Assembly: GCA_023379265.1 (NCBI GenBank)
Contig: JAMCUI010000019.1
Location: 9,233-73,232, forward strand
Origin: Patescibacteria group bacterium
GTDB lineage: Bacteria; Patescibacteriota; Microgenomatia; 2-02-FULL-39-11
Direction: 5' to 3'
Length of the DNA: 64,000 bases
A program made the translations under genes and the position numbers. Of this stretch, positions 49,067 to 58,355 are shown in pieces. Under the pieces are notes generated by a model. That model worked only from the letters and a program-made list of their open reading frames with translations. It was not told the origin of the DNA and made no database searches. The first letter of the stretch is position 1; each line of letters begins with the position of its first letter.

Positions 49067-50279
49067 AAAATACCTCTTTAAGAATAAATACCAGGTTATA
49101 GTCTTTTTTTTCCTGCTTTTGGTTTTTGCCACGGCATTCAGACTTGTGGAGAACTATTCCGAAATAATCGACGAATACTACCATTTTGGACAGATTACGC
49201 GCTTTCTCGGACATGATTTTTCTCTGGAGCCTGGCTTATCGACCCTGCCGGGATTTCATCTTCTTGTGGCATTTATATTGCAACTACTTGGGGAAAAAGG
49301 TCTTCCCTGGGCTCGGTTTGTGACTTTTATGTTTAATCTTCTGACTATCCCTGTTTTTTATGCTGCCGCAAGAAAAATAGAAGAGAAGGCAGCATTTGTT
49401 AGGACAATGCAGTTTGCTTTTCTTCCTATAATTTTCCCGTATTACCCGTTGGTCTATACGGACATATTTTCACTTCTTTTGGTTTTTTGCGCATTGTTTT
49501 TGGCATTGTCAAAGAAATATTATCTCTCAGGCATTGTGGCAACGTTGAGCATAGCTGTCAGACAAAACAACATCATTTGGCTTATGTTTATAAATTTGTT
49601 GACATTTATATCGGAATCGGGGTTAAAAATTAATGTTCAGACAGTCAGAAATCATATAAAAAGGAGCCTGACGTTTATATTGGGAGCATTATTATTTATT
49701 CTGTTTGTTTTGGTAAATCACGGTTTTGCCACAGGCGCCAAAAGTTTCCAGCATGTAACATTTTTGAATATGGGCAACTTGTATTTCTTTCTCTTTTCAT
49801 TTTCCATCATCATGCTGCCGCAAAGCCTGGCAAGTTTTCCCAAAATTGTTGCTTTTTTGAGAAAAGAAAAGAAAAGTATCCTTTTGATATTTATTTTTTT
49901 CCTCCTTCTCTTACTTTCATTTCAAAATAGCCATCCCTGGAACCAATATACTTATTTCCTGAGGAATAAAATTCTGGTTGCTGCTGCCTCCAGCCCTCCG
50001 TTAAAATTGCTATATTTTATACCAATAGTTTATGGTTTTATAATGTTTTTTATAGTAAGACTACAGAAGAAGGAATACTATCTTTTATACCCGTTTATCA
50101 TTCTTTATCTTTTGCCCTCATGGCTTGTGGAGGTCCGGTATCTTTTTATCCCTTTTGCAATGTACCTGCTTTTTAGGAAAAGACTATCAGATAGGGTTGA
50201 GAAGGTAACAGCCGCCTATTTCTTTACTTTGTCTATAGTATTCTTCTGGGGGTTGGTGAATTGGGTTTTCTTTTTGTGA
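49047..50279 (+). CDS. ALG10/DIE2-like alpha-1,2-glucosyltransferase homologue (GT59-like)
   Basis: IDEYYHFGQ, LSTLPG, YTDIFS, RQNNIIW, FVLVN.G..G, HPW, LVEVRYLFIP in the same order as ALG10 family motifs recalled from memory. Confidence 0.75.
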   Translation: MKFQNLKKYLFKNKYQVIVFFFLLLVFATAFRLVENYSEIIDEYYHFGQITRFLGHDFSLEPGLSTLPGFHLLVAFILQLLGEKGLPWARFVTFMFNLLTIPVFYAAARKIEEKAAFVRTMQFAFLPIIFPYYPLVYTDIFSLLLVFCALFLALSKKYYLSGIVATLSIAVRQNNIIWLMFINLLTFISESGLKINVQTVRNHIKRSLTFILGALLFILFVLVNHGFATGAKSFQHVTFLNMGNLYFFLFSFSIIMLPQSLASFPKIVAFLRKEKKSILLIFIFFLLLLLSFQNSHPWNQYTYFLRNKILVAAASSPPLKLLYFIPIVYGFIMFFIVRLQKKEYYLLYPFIILYLLPSWLVEVRYLFIPFAMYLLFRKRLSDRVEKVTAAYFFTLSIVFFWGLVNWVFFL

Positions 50280-50461
50280 TTTTTAATCTACGGGTACTGT
50301 GAGTAAACGTCGCTCATGGTATAAATTTCCTAGTTCGCAAGGATGGGAGATTTTGCCAATGAGTTGTTTGAAAGTGATATTTGAATATTTCTTTCAATTA
50401 AAAAGTTGGAGTAAACATTCCTTATGCGATCTTCGGAAGTTTACACATGTTTCGCGGCTTT

Positions 50462-51820
50462 TTAACGACTCGTTTTTCTCAATAGAGTGAATACTGCACC
50501 AATTGTCAATTTCCAAAGCCAATAAAAAGAAAAACAGTAAAGTATGGGTTGGGCGACACTTATCAGCCGGCCGAATTCTCCATATGAGAAAAAGACTGAC
50601 AGAATTATCTGGTAAGCACACAAAGTTCCTAAAAGCATAAGCGACGTATTTTTTTTGTTCGGTTTGCTAAGATAAAGGAAAAAAGTGAGAGGATAAGCCA
50701 GAAATATAATAAGGAAAACATATTGCGTATCTTTGTATGTCATAAAAAGATTTGAGAAAAAAACGCTCAGTTGATTTTCAGAAGTAACATCAGGTTTTAT
50801 AATATCGCTTGCATCGGTCAGGGCTTGCGGTATCTGTTTGAATGAATCGACAAAATATAAGGGGAGATTGTGCGTGATAACCGTCATATTGAACGAGGGG
50901 AGGGAGTTTAATTTCCATTTGCCGGAAATGTATATATTGGGGTCATAATGTTCTAGAAACCTGTAGGGCATAGATGTTCCATTGTGAGTATGCCAGTCTG
51001 TCACTGTTTTATAAAAGTAATCGCTTGATTTGCCACTTGTCACTGGTAGATCAAACTGAAGAATTTTCCCTAGGAGATTGATATCACTCACATGGGATAT
51101 GCCGCCATAATCATAAGTCTTTAAGTTGTAAGAAGTATAAGATACGGGAAGCGTTGTAAAAAGTATGAGAAAAATTAATGAGCTGAAATACACCATTTTA
51201 TTGCGGAAGTGAAATACCAGTATAGGTAAAGTGGCAAAAGGAAGGAATATAAATACCGGTTTGAGAAGAAATCCTGCACAAAAAGTCAGAAATAAAATAA
51301 AGAGAGTGGACAGCTGCCATTTATGGAGAAGGGACAGAAGAAGGTATAGGGAAAATACAAGAAACAGAAAAGCCCACGTTTCCGTCAGAAGCAGATTTTC
51401 CCAGGCAAAAAGCATAATATTTCCTGCACAGAAGGCGGTAAAAAGACCGGTTATGAATATATTAACTTTTAATAAGCGCCTGAGGATAACAAAAAGAATA
51501 ACTATAGAAAGAAGTCCCGCAAGATACTGGAAGAGTATGACAGGACGCATGCTGTGCAAAAATCCCAAGGACATGATTTGTGCTCCAGAGCCGCCTGTTT
51601 CCACTGCTGAAAGGCCAAGAATTAAAGGGTAAAGAGGAGTCCTGTCATCATTTATAATCTTTCCATATTTACCCTGAGCCATAATCTCATCACCCAATTT
51701 ATAATAGCCGTAAGTGTCTGCTGAGACACCTACCTCCGGTTTATAGAGGAAGTAGGTGTAGCGTATGGTAGCCGCAAAAATGATGACAAGTATAAGTATA
51801 ATAAAGTCTTTTTTGGGCAT
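50462..51820 (-). CDS. ArnT/PMT-like GT-C membrane protein
   Basis: ADTYGY first loop, RTPLYP, LLTET, LKP, EFGRL. Confidence 0.72.
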   Translation of the reverse strand: MPKKDFIILILVIIFAATIRYTYFLYKPEVGVSADTYGYYKLGDEIMAQGKYGKIINDDRTPLYPLILGLSAVETGGSGAQIMSLGFLHSMRPVILFQYLAGLLSIVILFVILRRLLKVNIFITGLFTAFCAGNIMLFAWENLLLTETWAFLFLVFSLYLLLSLLHKWQLSTLFILFLTFCAGFLLKPVFIFLPFATLPILVFHFRNKMVYFSSLIFLILFTTLPVSYTSYNLKTYDYGGISHVSDINLLGKILQFDLPVTSGKSSDYFYKTVTDWHTHNGTSMPYRFLEHYDPNIYISGKWKLNSLPSFNMTVITHNLPLYFVDSFKQIPQALTDASDIIKPDVTSENQLSVFFSNLFMTYKDTQYVFLIIFLAYPLTFFLYLSKPNKKNTSLMLLGTLCAYQIILSVFFSYGEFGRLISVAQPILYCFSFYWLWKLTIGAVFTLLRKTSR

Positions 51821-52002
51821 ACTGGATGCAAATTTTTACTAATAATAATATATAAATTTTATATTTTCTCTACAAGCAGTGAAGATAATTTTTGATTACG
51901 CAAATTCTAAAGATGATCTCAATCCTTAAAGGTTTCTTCAGGTCGGTGTAGTGTTTACAGCTTATGTTTGGATGATGTAATTTATTTATATTTGTGGTAG
52001 AA

Positions 52003-53199
52003 ATGAAAACAATGATTCCGGTGTTTAATATCAAAAGACAAAATAAGGAAATAGGGGAGAAGCTGAAGAAAGAAATTGAAAAGGTAGTGGAAGGCGGACT
52101 TTATATATTGGGGCCGAACGTGGGTGAATTTGAGAAAGGATTTGCCAGATATTTGGGCGTGAAATATGCCGTGGGTGTAGCCTCTGGTACAGACGCTTTG
52201 TCTTTGGCGCTTTTGGCCTGTGGAGTGAATCCGGATGATGAGGTAATACTTCCGGCCAACTCTTATCCTTCCTCTTTTGCCATAACCGCAATTGGTGCAA
52301 TACCAAAACTGGTTGATATAGAAAAAGATACTTTTAATATTCGCCCATCCCAGATTTCCCGTGTAATTACTAAAAAGGCAAAAGCAATAATGCCTGTACA
52401 CCTTTATGGCCAGCCGGCAGATATGGATAAGATTATGGTGATAGCCAGAAAATATAACCTGAAAGTTGTGGAAGATTGCGCGCAGGCGCATGGAGCAATG
52501 GTGAAGGTAATGAATAAGGAATTAAGAATTGAGAATTATGGGAGGGGGAATGAAAAAAGTAATCAAAGCGCCTTGGAAAATTGGAAGAAGGTTGGAACTA
52601 TAGGCGATGTCGGTTGTTTCAGTTTTTACCCGACCAAAAATCTGGGGGCTTTTGGGGACGGGGGAATGGTGGTGACAAATAATCCCGATATTTATGAAAA
52701 ACTGAAGCTCTTGAGAATGTATGGAGAAAAAGGGCGTTATAACAGTATTTTGGTTGGAAGAAACAGTAGGCTGGATGAACTACAGGCAGCAATTTTACTT
52801 GTAAAGTTAAAGTATTTGGATAAATGGGATGAGAGAAGAAGAGAAATTGCGAGATTATATTTTTCTTTATTTGAAGAAGAAGCCGTAAAGGCAAAAGTGG
52901 TTTTACCTTACGGGGCCTCAAACGTTTGGCACGTCTATCATCTCTTTGTAATCAGGATCAAAAAGAGAAGCGAACTGAAGAAATATCTGGAAAAATATGG
53001 TATTCAAACTGCAATACATTATCCTGTGCCGATACATTTATCTCCATCTATGAGATTTTTGGGATACATGGAAGGTGATTTTCCTGAAAGTGAAAGCGCC
53101 GCGGAAGAAGTGTTGTCCTTGCCAATGTTTCCTGAATTGGCAGATGAAGAAGTCAAAAAAGTGGCCCAGGCTGTAATAAAGTTTTATGAAAAGTCATAA
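52003..53199 (+). CDS. DegT/DnrJ/EryC1/StrS PLP-dependent sugar aminotransferase
   Basis: ASGTDAL, MPVHLYGQ, EDCAQAHG, SFYPTKNLGAFGDGG, NSRLDELQAA, LSLPMFP. Confidence 0.95.
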   Translation: MKTMIPVFNIKRQNKEIGEKLKKEIEKVVEGGLYILGPNVGEFEKGFARYLGVKYAVGVASGTDALSLALLACGVNPDDEVILPANSYPSSFAITAIGAIPKLVDIEKDTFNIRPSQISRVITKKAKAIMPVHLYGQPADMDKIMVIARKYNLKVVEDCAQAHGAMVKVMNKELRIENYGRGNEKSNQSALENWKKVGTIGDVGCFSFYPTKNLGAFGDGGMVVTNNPDIYEKLKLLRMYGEKGRYNSILVGRNSRLDELQAAILLVKLKYLDKWDERRREIARLYFSLFEEEAVKAKVVLPYGASNVWHVYHLFVIRIKKRSELKKYLEKYGIQTAIHYPVPIHLSPSMRFLGYMEGDFPESESAAEEVLSLPMFPELADEEVKKVAQAVIKFYEKS

Positions 53200-53253
53200 A
53201 CGATTGGTAAAAATACGATATCAGCAAAGAGTTTCCTTCACTATCTGAAAAGT

Positions 53254-55533
53254 TTGCCTAATGGCTTTAAAAGTGGTAAAAAAAGCCAGTTACTTTTCCT
53301 GCCTTTTGACAGATTGTATTCCAATCAGAGTAGGATATTTCAATTTCTCTTCAGGTTGTGGCCGTTTATTTTTATCCTTGTCTTTGCAGGGTTAATGCTG
53401 GGTAAAGGAGTGTTTCCGCCTGCCGGGAAATATATATACGGGTATGACGTGGAAGCCGGAATTTTCTATAGCAAGTCATATTTTGCAAATTCTATAAAAC
53501 AAGGGAAAATACCGTTTTGGGATCCGTATACCTTTGGTGGCGTTCCCTTTTTAGCCAACCCGGGACTGGCAGCGTTTTACCCTCCAAACTGGCTGTTTCC
53601 TGTTCTGCCGTTTGGGATAGCTTTGTCTCTTTACTATTTTTTCCATTTATTTCTTGCTACGGTAGGTGCTTATTGGCTGATGAGGAAAAGGAAGTATGAC
53701 AAATTGTCATCTCTTGCTTCCGGATTAGTTTTTGGCATGTCGGGGATGATGTTTGCCAGGATATTTTTGGGACATGTCGAATATGTTGCCTCAATATCAT
53801 ATATACCCGTTATCTTTGGCGCCGTTATGGAAATTTCCGAAAATAATCGCAGAAGATATTTAGCTTTAGGTATCATCTCCTTGACGCTTCAAATGTTGTC
53901 GGGGAACCCGGTGGTGGTTTTTTTTACACTTGAACTGGCAGGTTTATACATCATTTTTGACATACTTACGTCAATTATTATCGACCGCAAACGGAAAAAG
54001 AGATGGAAGTATTATCTCCTGAAGGTCTTATTGCCGGTTTTGGTTATTCTTGTTGCCGCAGGACTCAGCTCAATTCAGATAATCCCTACAATACAGCTGT
54101 CGTGGGAGACTATACGCAGCGGGGGATTGGCGTATATGACTGCAGCAGGAGGATCGCTTTTAACCGGAATGCTCCAAATGCTTTTTGCGCCTTACAGTTG
54201 GGGGAACCCTTTTATACTAAACGGCAATTATTACGGACCCTGGCCCAATTTTTTTGAATTTACTTATTTTGTAGGGAAAATTGCTATTCTGTTGGGAATA
54301 TTTGCTTTTACCCAAAGCGTATTTTATGCAGTCAAGGAGAAAAGGGCCAACCGTCTGACGGTATTTAGCGTCGCTTCGCTTATCTTTTTCATTGCCATGT
54401 CACTTGGACAGAATTTCTGGCTGTTCAAAATTTTTTATGATATTGTGCCTTTTTTCAGTTCATTCCGTATTCCGGTTCGCCACATGATTATTGTAGTTTT
54501 CCTCCTGTCTATTCTTTCCGGAATTGGAATGGCAAAAATAAAATACCCTTTTTTACAGCTTTTGGTTTTTGTCATTCTTGTTGTCGAGCTTTACATTTTC
54601 CACTTGCCGTTTATTCGCATAGCCAGTTTGCCTACAGCCGGCAATGACCCCAAAATCTTTGACATAGTAAAAAAAGACAGTGATATTTCAAGGCTTTACC
54701 TGCATTACCAGACATGGAATGATACCAGAAAAACTTTGGATTTTGACAGCGGGCCTTTCTATAAGATACAGATGGTGGGAGGTTACGGACCGGTTATTCT
54801 GAATAATTATTATAGGTTTATAGATCTTGCAAGGGGAGAGACGAAAGATAGATCCACGATTGCCCAATTTCCGGTGGAGCTGCCGCCGATACCTTCCCAG
54901 TCAAGCATATTGGATTTCCTTAATGTGAAGTATTTATTTATACCTTCCTATATTCAGGATATAGGAGGTAACTATGATAATAAACTGTCTCTCGTTTATA
55001 AGGAAAAGTGGTCGCAGGATGCGTTGTATGTAAACAATAAATCCTTTCAGCGTTTTTTTCTTGTGCCGAAGATAGAGGTGTATCCGGCGGGCAGTATCGG
55101 CAAAATATTAGTAGAAGAAAAAAAGAATTTATCAAAAATGGTCTTATACGGTAATCAGGATGGTAGTTATCCTTCACAACAACCGGACTGTTCTGACAAT
55201 CAAAACCCGGGTACCGTATCAATAAAGGAATACAGCGCTGAAATAATAGTCCTTTCAGTTAATGCAAATTGCAATAGCATTCTCTCCTCAAGCGAAGTGT
55301 ATTTTCCCGGTTGGCAGGCTACAATTGATGGTAGACAGACAAGAATTTATGAAAGCAACTTGGCCTTTAGGTCAATTTTTATACCTCAGGGAAGACATGG
55401 GATAGTCATGTATTATAATCCGCAAGTGTTTTATGTCGGAGGAGTAATTTCTGTATTTTCACTGTTTATTTATATGGTATTATTGAGAATTATTCCGGAT
55501 AAAGGGGGTAGAGATGATAAGAAAGATGTATAA
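53254..55533 (+). CDS. YfhO family GT-C membrane protein (start uncertain)
   Basis: PFWDPYTFGGVPFLANP..FYPPN, FRIPVR, EVYFPGWQATIDG..FRSIFIPQGRH. Confidence 0.85.
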   Translation: MPNGFKSGKKSQLLFLPFDRLYSNQSRIFQFLFRLWPFIFILVFAGLMLGKGVFPPAGKYIYGYDVEAGIFYSKSYFANSIKQGKIPFWDPYTFGGVPFLANPGLAAFYPPNWLFPVLPFGIALSLYYFFHLFLATVGAYWLMRKRKYDKLSSLASGLVFGMSGMMFARIFLGHVEYVASISYIPVIFGAVMEISENNRRRYLALGIISLTLQMLSGNPVVVFFTLELAGLYIIFDILTSIIIDRKRKKRWKYYLLKVLLPVLVILVAAGLSSIQIIPTIQLSWETIRSGGLAYMTAAGGSLLTGMLQMLFAPYSWGNPFILNGNYYGPWPNFFEFTYFVGKIAILLGIFAFTQSVFYAVKEKRANRLTVFSVASLIFFIAMSLGQNFWLFKIFYDIVPFFSSFRIPVRHMIIVVFLLSILSGIGMAKIKYPFLQLLVFVILVVELYIFHLPFIRIASLPTAGNDPKIFDIVKKDSDISRLYLHYQTWNDTRKTLDFDSGPFYKIQMVGGYGPVILNNYYRFIDLARGETKDRSTIAQFPVELPPIPSQSSILDFLNVKYLFIPSYIQDIGGNYDNKLSLVYKEKWSQDALYVNNKSFQRFFLVPKIEVYPAGSIGKILVEEKKNLSKMVLYGNQDGSYPSQQPDCSDNQNPGTVSIKEYSAEIIVLSVNANCNSILSSSEVYFPGWQATIDGRQTRIYESNLAFRSIFIPQGRHGIVMYYNPQVFYVGGVISVFSLFIYMVLLRIIPDKGGRDDKKDV

Positions 55534-56083
55534 GAAAGATGCTATAAGGGTGGCAGGGATTCATCAAAGAGAATTGTCCGGTTTCCTGCCGGAATTGGGA
55601 ATAGAGTTCCTACAGGCTTTTTATGAAACATCATTAAATATCCCAGAGATGTTTACATATATTCATCTTCAGAATGAACAAATTTCCGGATTCGTCAGCG
55701 GAATAAATACCGTCAACGGGTTGAATAAAAGATTGATATCACGTAATCCGAAAGCCTTTATTTTGCCACTTTTGAGGTTTTTTCTTACTCATCCCATGCG
55801 GACTGTCAAATTAGTCAAAACCTTCTCCTATCCGGGGTTCACAGGCGATATCCCAGAGTTATTATCTATCGCCGTAGATGGTAGGTGGCAACGGAGGGGT
55901 ATTGGTAAGAAGCTTTTTTTCACGACTGTTGATGAGTTTAAAAAAAGAGGGATTAAAAAATTCAGAATTAGTGTATATGACAGATTATCCGCAAATGAGT
56001 TTTACCGGAAAATCGGCTGCAGGTTTGAAACCTCATTTACTTTCCTGGGGGAGAAGATGAATTATTATTTATACAAGATTTGA
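55514..56083 (+). CDS. GNAT family N-acetyltransferase
   Basis: LLSIAVD..WQRRGIGKKL motif A, ANEFYRKIG. Confidence 0.88.
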   Translation: MIRKMYKKDAIRVAGIHQRELSGFLPELGIEFLQAFYETSLNIPEMFTYIHLQNEQISGFVSGINTVNGLNKRLISRNPKAFILPLLRFFLTHPMRTVKLVKTFSYPGFTGDIPELLSIAVDGRWQRRGIGKKLFFTTVDEFKKRGIKKFRISVYDRLSANEFYRKIGCRFETSFTFLGEKMNYYLYKI

Positions 56084-56161
56084 TCGCTTAATTCTAATTT
56101 AAGGATCTGTATAAGCTGCTCGGAGTGAATTTTTTTCTTCGTAAGGATAGGAGATTGAAAG

Positions 56162-57952
56162 ATGCTAAAAAAACTTTTTTTATTAATTCCTGAAAAATTA
56201 GTAATTGCGGTAGAATTGGGGCTTATTGGCCTTTTTCTGTATTGGCACTGGCGGCTTGGCATGATGCGCTTTTTTGACATAGATGAATTTGCCCATCTCC
56301 ACTGGACTCATGATCTTTTTACGGGTCTTCGACCCTATACTGATTTTTTCTATTTTATCCCTCCTCTTTATCTTTTTGCCTTACTCCCCTTATTTTTTAT
56401 TTCGGGAAGGAGTGCGGCAATTTTTTTCCTGGGGCGGGGACTAGCTTTTGGCATATTTTTCGTTGTTTGTTTACTCTTGTTTTTATTGGTAAGAAAAGTA
56501 AGGGATAGCAGGGTAGCGCTATTATCGGTTTTGGTCTTGTCGTTTTTGCCCATACCTGCAGATAAATGGATAGAAATAAGACCGGACGGTCTGGCAATCC
56601 TCTTTGGAATGGTAGGAATGCTATTTTTGGTGAAAGGACTGAAGGATAAAAATAATACCCACTTTTTTATATCGGGACTTTTTTACTCATTGGGAGTTTT
56701 GGTCTTGCCGAAGATAGTTTTCTGGGCTTTTTGCGCAGCTTTCATAATTGCGATTTATCTTTTCATAAACCAGAAAAAAATAAAGGCCGGAAATTTTATA
56801 AAGTACCTTTTCGATTTATTTACCAGGTTCAAATGGCTGAAACTGTTTATTTTAGGAGTTTCCATACCCATAGTTCTTGTAGTAGCTCTTTTTATATATT
56901 TTGGCGATCCGGGAAAGGCTTTTTACCTTTCGACAAAGGTGGCTACCGATGCCACAAAAGTTCTGGGGAACAAGTTTCCCATCCCCCCCAATTTCCTTTT
57001 TTATCCAAATGATGTCTATTATGGGGCTCCGGGGGAAAGCTGGCCGTGGAAGATGAACCTTTTCGTCTGGATTGCAGCGGCAGTTTTTGCGATTATAAAG
57101 TTGGTATCTTTTCTGGATCGGGAAACTATTGAAGAGGGTCTTTCCCAGCTTCTTCTTGCCTTATCTTTTCTTCTTTACCTGGTTGCCTATATTTATATTT
57201 TTCCGCTTCGGCACGAACAGTATCTATTGCCGGCTTCAGTATTTGTAGCCTTTTACTTTGCCGATTTTGTCATTTCTTTATTTAGAAATTTAATGAGGCG
57301 GTGGAGAAGGGTAGGGGCTGCGTTTGGTGTAGGAGTGTTTATAGCTGTTTTGGGGTTGGTGTTTTGGTCGGGAAAGGATATGTATGACTGGAAGTTGCGC
57401 TGGTCAAGCCTGGACGTTTCTTTTTATAACCATCTTTTTTCACTTATACCCAAAAATGAAAAAGTTTTTGACCTGACGGGGGAAGCCATTTTTTCGCCAG
57501 ACGGATATTATTTCTGTTGTATACCGTATGGTCAGTATGACGAGGCGCTGCAGTTTCAATACCCGGATCTTGAAGCCGATTTGAGAAAGCAGAATGTGCA
57601 TTTTGTCTATATGCAGAGGGAAAACAGGATTTTTGTCCTGCCTGCTGAGCAGCAAAAAGTCATAAGACAGTACTATACGATATATCCAGATGGCAACCCT
57701 CCATACTTGTTGGTTTCCGGGGCACTGGTGAGCTTCTCCTATGCGGGGCAGCCGCAGGATTTTAACCTGATCGCATCGGGGAATTATGACCTTTTCTGGA
57801 ATTACCAAAAACTGACAGGTGGGCAAACCTCACGGATGGTAAAGATTGATGGTAAAATAGTGACGCAAAACCCTGTTTATTTATCGGCCGGAGAACATAC
57901 AATTGTGGTAAATTCATCGGCGGGGTTGATGAAACTGATGTATTCTTTTTAA
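56162..57952 (+). CDS. ArnT/PMT-like GT-C membrane glycosyltransferase
   Basis: FDIDEFAH, PYTDFF..PP, EIRPD, QYLLP; soluble C-terminal domain. Confidence 0.75.
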   Translation: MLKKLFLLIPEKLVIAVELGLIGLFLYWHWRLGMMRFFDIDEFAHLHWTHDLFTGLRPYTDFFYFIPPLYLFALLPLFFISGRSAAIFFLGRGLAFGIFFVVCLLLFLLVRKVRDSRVALLSVLVLSFLPIPADKWIEIRPDGLAILFGMVGMLFLVKGLKDKNNTHFFISGLFYSLGVLVLPKIVFWAFCAAFIIAIYLFINQKKIKAGNFIKYLFDLFTRFKWLKLFILGVSIPIVLVVALFIYFGDPGKAFYLSTKVATDATKVLGNKFPIPPNFLFYPNDVYYGAPGESWPWKMNLFVWIAAAVFAIIKLVSFLDRETIEEGLSQLLLALSFLLYLVAYIYIFPLRHEQYLLPASVFVAFYFADFVISLFRNLMRRWRRVGAAFGVGVFIAVLGLVFWSGKDMYDWKLRWSSLDVSFYNHLFSLIPKNEKVFDLTGEAIFSPDGYYFCCIPYGQYDEALQFQYPDLEADLRKQNVHFVYMQRENRIFVLPAEQQKVIRQYYTIYPDGNPPYLLVSGALVSFSYAGQPQDFNLIASGNYDLFWNYQKLTGGQTSRMVKIDGKIVTQNPVYLSAGEHTIVVNSSAGLMKLMYSF

Positions 57953-57971
57953 TTGTTCATTTTTTCTGTTT

Positions 57972-58346
57972 ATGCTGAAAAATTATATTATCATACTTTT
58001 GACAATCTGCATCTCTGTCATTGCCCAGACGCTTTTGAAAACCGGGATGAAGGAGATAGGAACGGTTGAAAGTCTGTCACTTGAAAAAATTATTCCTCTT
58101 GCGATAAAGATGGGTACAAATGTTTTTGTCCTGGCGGGTCTTTCGCTTTACGGAATAGGTACTTTTTTTTGGCTTATTCTTCTTTCCCGACTTGATTTGT
58201 CATTTCTTTATCCTTTTGGTACGTTGCAATACTTTTTTATCTTTATTGTTTCATATCTGGTTTTTGGTGAGGATATAAAACTGGCCAGAATTGTGGGTGT
58301 GTCAATCATACTCGTGGGGATTTTTATAATAAGCAAGTTTGGGTGA
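57972..58346 (+). CDS. EamA/SMR-like four-TM protein (ArnE/ArnF-like candidate flippase)
   Basis: AQTLLKTG, LSRLDLSFLYP, FGEDI..RIVGV. Confidence 0.8.
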   Translation: MLKNYIIILLTICISVIAQTLLKTGMKEIGTVESLSLEKIIPLAIKMGTNVFVLAGLSLYGIGTFFWLILLSRLDLSFLYPFGTLQYFFIFIVSYLVFGEDIKLARIVGVSIILVGIFIISKFG

Positions 58347-58355
58347 AACTTTAAT

